64,000 bases of DNA from assembly GCA_020724585.1 (NCBI GenBank), contig DYGS01000001.1:136096-200095 (forward strand). Reading direction: 5' to 3'. Numbering within the stretch: position 1 is the first letter of the stretch; each line of letters begins with the position of its first letter. A model generated the notes under the pieces. It made no database searches, had not been told where the DNA came from, and saw nothing but the letters and a program-made list of their open reading frames with translations. Below are positions 1 to 7,197 of the stretch, piece after piece. The position numbers and the translations under genes are program-made. This DNA is from Candidatus Microgenomatus sp. GTDB lineage: Bacteria; Patescibacteriota; Microgenomatia; UBA8517.

Positions 1-2
1 AT

Positions 3-320
3 GCGGATATTGCTACAAATTTAATAGCAGGCATAGAAGAGCAGAGCAAGAATTTTCAGTCTCCAGAAGTAACAGCCGATACTTTCATGGTTTTTGCCGA
101 GCTTTTAAAAACGGGAGGAAAAAGACTGCCAAAAGTTATTCCTCAAAAGTTTCCGCAAGGCGCAATACCGACAATGCCCTACAGCCAAAAATTTACACCA
201 CAAGAAAATTCACTAATCAATCAAGTCGAAGAAGAAATTCCTATTCCCGAAGAGGTACCGCACGATATCCCCCCAACCTGGTCCGAACCAAAAATCTTCA
301 CAGGAACTAATATAAGTTAG
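3..320 (+). CDS. 3' end of a gene truncated by the window edge; product unknown, Pro/Glu-rich C-terminal tail
   Basis: Reading frame open from nt 3 to TAA at 318-320 with no start in the window. The 87..320 ORF in the track is its tail. No recognisable motif. Confidence 0.4.
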   Translation, partial: ADIATNLIAGIEEQSKNFQSPEVTADTFMVFAELLKTGGKRLPKVIPQKFPQGAIPTMPYSQKFTPQENSLINQVEEEIPIPEEVPHDIPPTWSEPKIFTGTNIS

Positions 321-353
321 AAAAGTACTTTACTTCAGCGGTATAATTAAGCG

Positions 354-1136
354 ATGTATTTGATGTATATTGATGAGTCTGGAGATACTATCCCCCTTTC
401 TCAAAAAGGTAAGAAATTTCTCGTGCTGACGGGTTGCATAATTCATGAGAATAGTATTTGTGAAATTGAACAAAGGTTTAGAAAAATAAAGCATGATTAT
501 TATCAGAATAGCGATATAGAAATAAAGTCAAATTTTTTAAGATATGCTAACCCAGATTTGACTGAAGATTCACCATTAAAGTTAAATTCAAAAGATAAAT
601 ATAATGATTTAGAGAAAGATATTTCTGAATTACTGAAGAATATTGATGTTGTTTTATATTCTGTTGTAATAGATAAAGAGTCGTATTGGTCCCAATATCC
701 ATCTCAAAATCCATATAATATAGCATATTTGTTTTTATTAGAGAGATTCCAAATGTTTTTAAAAAGTAAGGATTCTTTAGGAATATGTATAATTGACCCT
801 CGTGAAGGTCAAACAGAAAAGCACTTTATGGGAAATGAATTAAACAATATTCATCAAAAAATGCGGCATGAGGATGGGTCTATATGGAAGAAGTGCTCAA
901 ATGTTATTGAAAAATTGTTATTTTCTCAATCAGATCAAACGATTGGAATTCAAATAGCAGATCTGTATTGCTATCCTATATATCATGTTTTTGAATATGA
1001 CAAAAAGTACAATGAATACTGGAGATTTGAAGAACTAAGTTTGCCAAAATTGTATAAGAACAATGACAAATTCGATGGCTTTGGATTGAAATATTTCCCA
1101 GATAAAACGAAAAAAGACCTTAGATTTTTCTCCTAA
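354..1136 (+). CDS. DUF3800-family protein (predicted RNase H-like fold), function unknown
   Basis: N-terminal 'MYIDESGD' is the DUF3800 hallmark (YIDESG). A later 'IQIADLYCY' resembles the conserved QxAD motif. ATG at 354 (or 363); a TATAAT lies 6 nt upstream. Confidence 0.6.
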   Translation: MYLMYIDESGDTIPLSQKGKKFLVLTGCIIHENSICEIEQRFRKIKHDYYQNSDIEIKSNFLRYANPDLTEDSPLKLNSKDKYNDLEKDISELLKNIDVVLYSVVIDKESYWSQYPSQNPYNIAYLFLLERFQMFLKSKDSLGICIIDPREGQTEKHFMGNELNNIHQKMRHEDGSIWKKCSNVIEKLLFSQSDQTIGIQIADLYCYPIYHVFEYDKKYNEYWRFEELSLPKLYKNNDKFDGFGLKYFPDKTKKDLRFFS

Positions 1137-1301
1137 GATCTTGTTTCGATGGGCGCGATTTTTACCTCGCGACCAACTGTATTATATACCATACCTGTCA
1201 AGTGGATCAAATCAATCCCAAATTTTTGCAAGAACTAGTGTGAGCTGAGCACGAAATTTACTGGTTGAATTCTGTAGAGAGAGAGAAATATCGGCCATAT
1301 T

Positions 1302-1469
1302 ATGGCAAATGAATTAGGATCAAGAGTTGGGAGTGTTGTCGACATAACCGCATTTCTTAGAATGAAAGAATTGCCAATAGTTTTGACCAATACAGCAGAA
1401 AAATCAAAATCTAAACCAAAGGAAAAAGCTAAAAAGGTGAAAAAACCTGCAAAGAAAAAAGGTAATTAA
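1302..1469 (+). CDS. hypothetical 55-aa protein with a Lys-rich tail (below the ORF-track size cutoff)
   Basis: ATG 1302 to TAA 1467-1469: MANELGSRVGSVVDITAFLRMKELPIVLTNTAEKSKSKPKEKAKKVKKPAKKKGN. No homology recognised; could be spurious. Confidence 0.25.
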   Translation: MANELGSRVGSVVDITAFLRMKELPIVLTNTAEKSKSKPKEKAKKVKKPAKKKGN

Positions 1470-1476
1470 TTCCCCT

Positions 1477-1505
1477 TTGTAAATATCTACTAAGCCTGTT
1501 ATAAT
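1477..1505 (+). promoter_or_regulatory. sigma70-like promoter upstream of rpsO (TTGTAA-17-TGtTATAAT, extended -10)
   Basis: TTGTAA 1477-1482, 17-nt spacer, TG at 1497-98, TATAAT 1500-1505; followed by a 76-nt leader before the rpsO ATG. Confidence 0.4.
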
Positions 1506-1581
1506 ACTCTTAAGTTTGCAAGGTTTAACCTAAATCATGCTTAATGGTTCTACTTTAGCAAAACGATAATTTTAAATAAAT

Positions 1582-1851
1582 ATGGCATTAAAAAAAGAAG
1601 AGAAGAAAGATTTAATTAAGAAGTTTGCGAGGGAAAAAGGCGATACAGGATCACCCGAGATTCAGATTGCGCTTCTAACAACCAAGATTAATAAACTTGC
1701 GGAGCATTTAAAAGAACACAAAAAAGATGTTCATTCAAGAAGGGGTTTACTTTCAATGGTTGCAAAAAGACGAAGACTTCTGGCATACTTGGCAAGGAAA
1801 GATGAAAAAAGATATAAAGATCTAATTAAAATATTAGGACTAAGTAAATAA
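1582..1851 (+). CDS. rpsO: 30S ribosomal protein S15
   Basis: 89 aa; '...[29 protein letters not shown]...' is the S15 signature; located upstream of pnp as in most bacteria. Confidence 0.95.
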   Translation: MALKKEEKKDLIKKFAREKGDTGSPEIQIALLTTKINKLAEHLKEHKKDVHSRRGLLSMVAKRRRLLAYLARKDEKRYKDLIKILGLSK

Positions 1852-1893
1852 CTAGTAAAATTAGATACTTCATTCAAATAAATCATAAATTAG

Positions 1894-4206
1894 ATGAAAA
1901 GAATAGAAAAAAAATTAGAATTGGGTGGTAAAACACTAACACTCACAACAGGAGAATTAGCAGAACAGACTGCCGCAGCTGTTACAGCAAGGATTGGCGA
2001 TACAGTGGTATTGGCTACTGTTGCCGCCGCCGATCTTAAACAAGAACTTGATTATTTTCCTCTGCTCATTGATTACCAAGAGAGGCTTTATGCGGGTGGA
2101 AGAATAAAAGGATCAAGATGGGTCAAAAGAGAGGGAAAACCCACAGATGAAGAGATTTTATCAGGGAGATTGATTGATAGGTCAATAAGACCGCTTTTCC
2201 CCAAAACTTACAAGAAAGAAGTTCAGATAGTTGTAACTGTGCTTTCAGTTGATTTGGAGAATGATCCTGCAATTGTTGGAGCTCTTGCCGCCTCAGCCGC
2301 TGTTCATATTACATCCCTTCCTTGGAAAGGGCCAGTATCTGTATTAAAAATTGGATCGGATAATGATGGAAAATACTTATTAAATCCAACTCATGCAGAA
2401 ATTGAAGCTTCAAAAATGGATCTGGTAGTTTCTTCAACTAAAGAAGCCGTTTTAATGGTTGAAGCTGGAGCTAATGAAGTTGTCGAGGAAGAAGTATTAA
2501 CAGGAATTAATTTTGCATTTGATGAAAGCAAAAAAATATTAAAGCTTATTGAAGACTTTGCAAAAGAAGTTGGGGTAAAAAGAGATGTTTATGAAGAAGA
2601 AACACCATCTGTCGAACTTGAAAAAGAAGTTTCAAAATTGGTTAAAGATGAACTGCCTAAACTTGTTAAAAATATGGCGCTTCATGAGGGTGCATCAAGC
2701 GAATTTGAAGAATTTGTATTAGCTGTTTCCGAGAAGTTTGACGCGGAAGAAGATAAAAAGTGGGTTTCCTACATAATTGATCACCTTAAAAAAGATTACA
2801 TCAGAAATCAAATATTAGAAAAAGGGTTAAGACCAGACGGAAGAAAATTAACTCAAATTAGACCACTTTCGGCTCAAGTTTCATATCTTCCAAGAGTTCA
2901 TGGTTCAGGAATTTTTCACAGAGGTCAAACACAAGTATTGTCCGTTGCAACACTGGCTGCTTCGTCTGAAAGTTTGCTTTTAGAGTCAGCAGAAGGTGAG
3001 GATGAAAAACGCTATATTCATCACTATTCAATGCCTCCATATGCAAACGGCGAGACAGGAAGAATCGGGACGCCTGGAAGGCGCGAGATAGGTCACGGAG
3101 CATTAGCCGAACGGGCACTGCTTCCTGTAATTCCCTCCAAAGAAGAGTTCCCATATACAATTAGGGTAGTTTCTGAGGTCATGAGTTCGAATGGTTCTAC
3201 ATCAATGGCTTCAGTTTGTGGATCGACCTTAGCTTTGATGGATGCGGGCGTACCGATTAAAGCGCCTGTTTCAGGAATTGCCATGGGCTTAATTTTTGGT
3301 GATAAAGGCAAATTTGCAGTCTTGTCTGACATAATGGGGATTGAAGACTTTAATGGCGATATGGACTTTAAAGTCGCTGGAACTGATAAGGGAATTACCG
3401 CTTTACAGCTTGATGTTAAGACTTTGGAATTAACACCTGAAATTTTAGAAACGGCCTTAAAACAGGCAAAAGAAGGCAGGAGCCAAATCTTAAAAGTTAT
3501 AACTGAGACAATTGGCGAGCCAAGAAAGGAGGTCAGTGTTTATGCTCCAAAAATTAAAGTTGTTACTATTCCTGTTGATAAAATTGGCGAGCTAATAGGC
3601 CCAAGCGGCAAAAACATCAAGAAGTTATCAGCTGATACTGGCGCAGAAATTGAAGTTGACGATTTTGGGCAAGTTAGCATATCGGCGGTGGATGTCTCAG
3701 CTCTTGAAAAGGCGGTTTCCTATGTAGAGGGTTTGACAAAAGAGGTTCAGCCAGGAGAAATCTACGATGGAGAGGTTGTAAGGCTTATGAATTTCGGAGC
3801 TTTTGTTAATATTCTTCCGGGTAAAGACGGAATGGTTCATGTTTCAGACATGGGTCAGAGCGGGTATGTAAACGATGCCTCTGATGTTTTATCAATTGGT
3901 CAAAAAATAAAAGTAAGAGTCAAAAAGATTGATGAAATGGGGAGAGTTAATCTCTCTTTGAATCTTGATCCGTCAATGGATGAGAAAGTGGAAGAAGAAA
4001 AAAAATCACATTTCATTTCCCGTGGGAATTCCGGTAACAGAGAAAGGGGTCATTTTAATCGAGGTCCAAGAGGCGGATTTAACAGAGATAAGCAAAGCTT
4101 GGCCGGCTACGGCAGTAGAGGCAGCGATAGAAGAAACGGCAGGCCAGGCGGCCCGCACTTTCCAACTTCAAGATACTTCCAGTCAAATACAAATCCTGAC
4201 AGGTGA
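1894..4206 (+). CDS. pnp: polynucleotide phosphorylase (PNPase) with ~75-aa Arg/Gly-rich C-terminal extension
   Basis: Two RNase PH-like domains ('RPLSAQVSYLPRVHGSGIFHRGQTQVL', 'MPPYANGETGRIGTPGRREIGHG'), then KH ('IGELIGPSGKNIKKL') and S1 ('GEVVRLMNFGAFVNILPGKDGMVHVS'). The tail contains RGNSGNRERGHFNRGPRGGFNRD...RGSDRRNGRPGG. Confidence 0.95.
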   Translation: MKRIEKKLELGGKTLTLTTGELAEQTAAAVTARIGDTVVLATVAAADLKQELDYFPLLIDYQERLYAGGRIKGSRWVKREGKPTDEEILSGRLIDRSIRPLFPKTYKKEVQIVVTVLSVDLENDPAIVGALAASAAVHITSLPWKGPVSVLKIGSDNDGKYLLNPTHAEIEASKMDLVVSSTKEAVLMVEAGANEVVEEEVLTGINFAFDESKKILKLIEDFAKEVGVKRDVYEEETPSVELEKEVSKLVKDELPKLVKNMALHEGASSEFEEFVLAVSEKFDAEEDKKWVSYIIDHLKKDYIRNQILEKGLRPDGRKLTQIRPLSAQVSYLPRVHGSGIFHRGQTQVLSVATLAASSESLLLESAEGEDEKRYIHHYSMPPYANGETGRIGTPGRREIGHGALAERALLPVIPSKEEFPYTIRVVSEVMSSNGSTSMASVCGSTLALMDAGVPIKAPVSGIAMGLIFGDKGKFAVLSDIMGIEDFNGDMDFKVAGTDKGITALQLDVKTLELTPEILETALKQAKEGRSQILKVITETIGEPRKEVSVYAPKIKVVTIPVDKIGELIGPSGKNIKKLSADTGAEIEVDDFGQVSISAVDVSALEKAVSYVEGLTKEVQPGEIYDGEVVRLMNFGAFVNILPGKDGMVHVSDMGQSGYVNDASDVLSIGQKIKVRVKKIDEMGRVNLSLNLDPSMDEKVEEEKKSHFISRGNSGNRERGHFNRGPRGGFNRDKQSLAGYGSRGSDRRNGRPGGPHFPTSRYFQSNTNPDR

Positions 4207-4302
4207 TTGATTTTTGGTGATAAAACCTATAAATATAAAACAATTCACACACTTTTAGAACTTCCTGCTATACTATAACTACGATTACTGTTTAAATTAA
4301 AT

Positions 4303-5352
4303 ATGGACAATACTGCCTTTCAAGAAATAGATGTACTTTCTTCAAAAATTTCAGGTTCTAGTATACCTGAAGATTTGTTAAAGTCGGTAAACATTCGTTT
4401 GGAACAATTAAAAAAATTAACAAATTCTCCCACTTTTTTACCCGAATATGACAGGATAAATAAATATATTGATTGGATTGTTTCGCTTCCTTGGGAGAAA
4501 AAGTCGCAAGACAACCTTGATTTGGAAAATGCCAAAAAAATATTAGATGAACATCACTATGGCTTGGAAGATATTAAAAATAGAGTCTTGGAATATCTTG
4601 CAGTCATGAAATTAAAACAGGAAAAAGGTGAAGGAAGCGATGTATATAGGGCACCAATCCTCTGCTTCGTGGGTTTAGTTGGAACCGGCAAGACAACAAT
4701 TGCTTATTCGATTGCAGAGGCTTTAGGGCGAAAAATTGCCCGCATTCCATTTGGAGGAATGGGAGATCCACTAGATCTTCGTGGACAATCAAAGATGCAT
4801 CCTGAAGCTGAACCGGGAAAAATTATTAAAGCCCTAAGAGATACTGGCTTTAGAAATTCTGTGATTCTTCTTGATGAAATAGACAGGGTCACAGACCAAG
4901 GTAGAGCCTCAATAATGGGTGTTTTGGTTGAACTTTTGGATCCCGGACAAAACCATGCTTTTACGGATCACTATATAGATTATCCAATAAATCTTTCGGA
5001 GTGTATTTTTATAGCAACTGCCAACAATACAACAAATATTTCAACTGCTGTGATGGACAGAATTGAGCCTATTATGATGCCTTCGTATACAGATCAGGAA
5101 AAAATTGTAATTGGGAAACAGTATGTTTTTCCCAAAGCTCTAAAATCATCGGGGCTTCCAGAAAATACGATTTCTATAGACGATGAGGTATGGGTAAATT
5201 TGGTAAGGCCATTGGGATACGATGCTGGTATCCGTACAATGGAGAGGACAATCGCAGGCTTGGTCAGGAAAGTTGCCAAAATGGTGGTTGAGGGCAAAGG
5301 AACCCACTTTGATGTAAACTCCCAAAATATAAAACAGTTTTTACCACAATAA
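4303..5352 (+). CDS. Lon-type AAA+ ATPase module without LAN N-domain and without protease domain
   Basis: 'LPWEKKSQDNLDLENAKKILDEHHYGLEDIKNRVLEYLAV' matches the Lon pre-AAA segment. Walker A GLVGTGKT, Walker B ILLDEID, sensor-1 TANN, Arg finger VMDRIEP, sensor-2 GIRTMER. The ORF stops where the Lon protease domain would begin. Confidence 0.8.
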   Translation: MDNTAFQEIDVLSSKISGSSIPEDLLKSVNIRLEQLKKLTNSPTFLPEYDRINKYIDWIVSLPWEKKSQDNLDLENAKKILDEHHYGLEDIKNRVLEYLAVMKLKQEKGEGSDVYRAPILCFVGLVGTGKTTIAYSIAEALGRKIARIPFGGMGDPLDLRGQSKMHPEAEPGKIIKALRDTGFRNSVILLDEIDRVTDQGRASIMGVLVELLDPGQNHAFTDHYIDYPINLSECIFIATANNTTNISTAVMDRIEPIMMPSYTDQEKIVIGKQYVFPKALKSSGLPENTISIDDEVWVNLVRPLGYDAGIRTMERTIAGLVRKVAKMVVEGKGTHFDVNSQNIKQFLPQ

Positions 5353-5383
5353 TAATGAAAAACAAGAATACAATGTAGATTTA

Positions 5384-5470
5384 ATGTTTGCCTCAATTGG
5401 AATAGTTGTGGCTGTTGTCTCATTGCAAATTGCTGTAAAATACAGAGAAGGAGTAAATAAAAATGGATGA
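5384..5470 (+). CDS. mini-ORF 1: 28-aa single-TM peptide (MFASIGIVVAVVSLQIAVKYREGVNKNG)
   Basis: ATG 5384, TGA 5468-70. Hydrophobic core with a basic tail. Its stop overlaps the next start (ATGGATGA). Confidence 0.3.
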   Translation: MFASIGIVVAVVSLQIAVKYREGVNKNG

Positions 5471-5564
5471 AAGAATATCAATAGTTTATGCGATTGGAAT
5501 AATAGCTACTTTTTCGTTTATTTTATGGTCTTATAGACAGATTTTTGGAGACAAGAAAAAATGA
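5463..5564 (+). CDS. mini-ORF 2: 33-aa single-TM peptide (MDERISIVYAIGIIATFSFILWSYRQIFGDKKK)
   Basis: ATG 5463, TGA 5562-64. ATGA overlap with mini-ORF 3. Confidence 0.3.
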   Translation: MDERISIVYAIGIIATFSFILWSYRQIFGDKKK

Positions 5565-5674
5565 GTTTGCCAACCTTTTTATACATAGTTGCGTCAGTAA
5601 TTGCTGTTTACACGATTTATATCGTGTTTTATAAAGATAAAAAAATTGATAACTATTGTGATAAACGAGTTTGA
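5561..5674 (+). CDS. mini-ORF 3: 37-aa single-TM peptide (MSLPTFLYIVASVIAVYTIYIVFYKDKKIDNYCDKRV)
   Basis: ATG 5561, TGA 5672-74. Same architecture as the other two peptides: short N-terminus, ~18-aa TM helix, Lys/Arg-rich tail. Confidence 0.3.
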   Translation: MSLPTFLYIVASVIAVYTIYIVFYKDKKIDNYCDKRV

Positions 5675-5717
5675 CTTTGTTAAAGCAAGCTTGCCATTAA
5701 AATGGTAAAATTTCCCC

Positions 5718-6176
5718 ATGAAATCCTATTCTGAATTATTAGATGAGTTTAAAGAAATTTCTGCTGAATTAGAAAAGTTAATAATTAAATTTCCGAAAGA
5801 AAAGGTAGAAATAACTGTCTTTGATAAATGGTCATTAAAAAATGTTGTTTCACATCTCAATCATTGGATGGAACACGATATTCTATGTTTAGAATCATTA
5901 CAAAATGGAATTGTCCCATTTTGGGAACCAGATGTTGAAGAATTTAATAGAAAAGGAGTTGAAGCAAGAAAAGATTATAGTTGGGATATTGTGTTTAAAG
6001 AGTTTTTAGATTTAAAAGCAAAACTAATAAATATTTTTAAAAATTTAGAACTAGATTTAGAAAATGCAAGAATATGGCCAGATAAAAATGAAACGCCAAG
6101 GAGATTTTTAGAAGAAGACATTAAACATTGGAGAGATGAACACATAAAATCTCTAAACGACTTTTTCAATAAATGA
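5718..6176 (+). CDS. ClbS/DfsB-like (DUF1706) four-helix-bundle protein
   Basis: 'WSLKNVVSHLNHW' resembles the ClbS 'W..KDLVSYLLGW' core. Size 152 aa with an all-helical pattern. The assignment is tentative. Confidence 0.5.
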   Translation: MKSYSELLDEFKEISAELEKLIIKFPKEKVEITVFDKWSLKNVVSHLNHWMEHDILCLESLQNGIVPFWEPDVEEFNRKGVEARKDYSWDIVFKEFLDLKAKLINIFKNLELDLENARIWPDKNETPRRFLEEDIKHWRDEHIKSLNDFFNK

Positions 6177-6631
6177 AACTTCTGATTATTGGTGATACTC
6201 ATGACAATATTGCAAACATAAAACATGTTGCAGGATTTGCCAAAGAGATTGATGCAGACGCCATTATTCATACAGGTGATTGGTGTCACATTAAAAGTTT
6301 TGAAATTTTAAAAGAATACAATATTCCTATTTATTCTGTTTTAGGTAATGGAGACATTGATCCAGAATTATCAAAATATTTTAAAGAAAGTGAAGAAATA
6401 GGGTTAGGTGGTTTAAAAATTGGAATTGTTCATAGACAAAGAGAAATTAAAAAATATTTTATGGATAAAAAACTCGATATTATTTTTAGTGGACATCATC
6501 ATTCACAATCAGATGAAATAATTGAAGGTACAAGATTAATAAGGCCAGGTGCATTGGAAAACAATATTAATTTTGCAATTTTTGATACAAAAACTAAGAT
6601 GGTAGAATTTGTTAAAGATGACCAAATTTGA
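6173..6631 (+). CDS. YfcE/MJ0936-type metallophosphoesterase
   Basis: Motifs IGDTHDN, HTGDW, LGNGD and SGHHHS. ATGA overlap with the upstream gene. Confidence 0.8.
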   Translation: MKLLIIGDTHDNIANIKHVAGFAKEIDADAIIHTGDWCHIKSFEILKEYNIPIYSVLGNGDIDPELSKYFKESEEIGLGGLKIGIVHRQREIKKYFMDKKLDIIFSGHHHSQSDEIIEGTRLIRPGALENNINFAIFDTKTKMVEFVKDDQI

Positions 6632-7190
6632 AGAACTCCACAAACTTAAAGATTTGATGGAAAAGGATGACACACTTCCTTTAAAAAAGGGTGCCAATAA
6701 ACTAGTTTTTGGATCGGGTAATACTGAAGCAAAAATACTTTTAATTGGAGAGGGTCCCGGGTTTAATGAAGATGCTCAAGGGTTACCATTCGTAGGTCAA
6801 GCCGGAAAACTTTTAGATAAACTACTGGAGCTGGCTGGTCTTGAAAGAAGAAAAGTATTTATAACAAACATAGTACATCATAGACCGCCCAATAATCGAG
6901 ACCCTATCCCCAATGAAATTGAGAGTTATGGCAAGTATTTAGATCAAATAATTAAAATTATTAGCCCAAAAATAATTATAACTTTAGGCAGATTTTCAAT
7001 GGCTAAATTTTTGCCGAATATTTACATATCGGATGTTCACGGAAAAAAATTTGAGATTAATTGGAGCGGGCAAAAATTAATTGTTGTCCCAATGTATCAT
7101 CCCGCCGCCAGTCTTCGAAATGGGAAAATTTTAGAGGCAGAAAAACAGGATTTTATTAATCTTGGGAAAGTGTTAAAATCAGTTAAATAA
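6618..7190 (+). CDS. uracil-DNA glycosylase, family 4
   Basis: 'LLIGEGPGFNEDAQGLPFVGQAGKLLDKLL' carries the family-4 GEGPG motif A; 'HHRPP' is also present. The track start 6609 is a TTG; ATG 6618 is preferred. Overlaps the phosphoesterase by 14 nt. Confidence 0.8.
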   Translation: MTKFEELHKLKDLMEKDDTLPLKKGANKLVFGSGNTEAKILLIGEGPGFNEDAQGLPFVGQAGKLLDKLLELAGLERRKVFITNIVHHRPPNNRDPIPNEIESYGKYLDQIIKIISPKIIITLGRFSMAKFLPNIYISDVHGKKFEINWSGQKLIVVPMYHPAASLRNGKILEAEKQDFINLGKVLKSVK

Positions 7191-7197
7191 GTAAATT

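Noticed and set aside
1153-1180. CGCGA-N8-TCGCG hairpin after the DUF3800 gene considered as a terminator
   Set aside because: 5-bp stem and no downstream T-run.
2858-3332. Antisense ORFs (2858-3160 -, 3093-3332 -) inside pnp. Similar shadow ORFs occur inside the Lon-like gene, ftsK, the membrane protein, rpoB, rpoC, fusA, tuf, the ribosomal genes, the efflux genes and rny.
   Set aside because: They lie fully inside well-supported + strand genes, have no motifs and have AT-rich shadow-frame composition.
3965-4210. + strand ORF in an alternative frame over the PNPase tail
   Set aside because: Same strand and internal to pnp. It shows only that the low-complexity tail is open in two frames. 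It would matter only if a frameshift were suspected.
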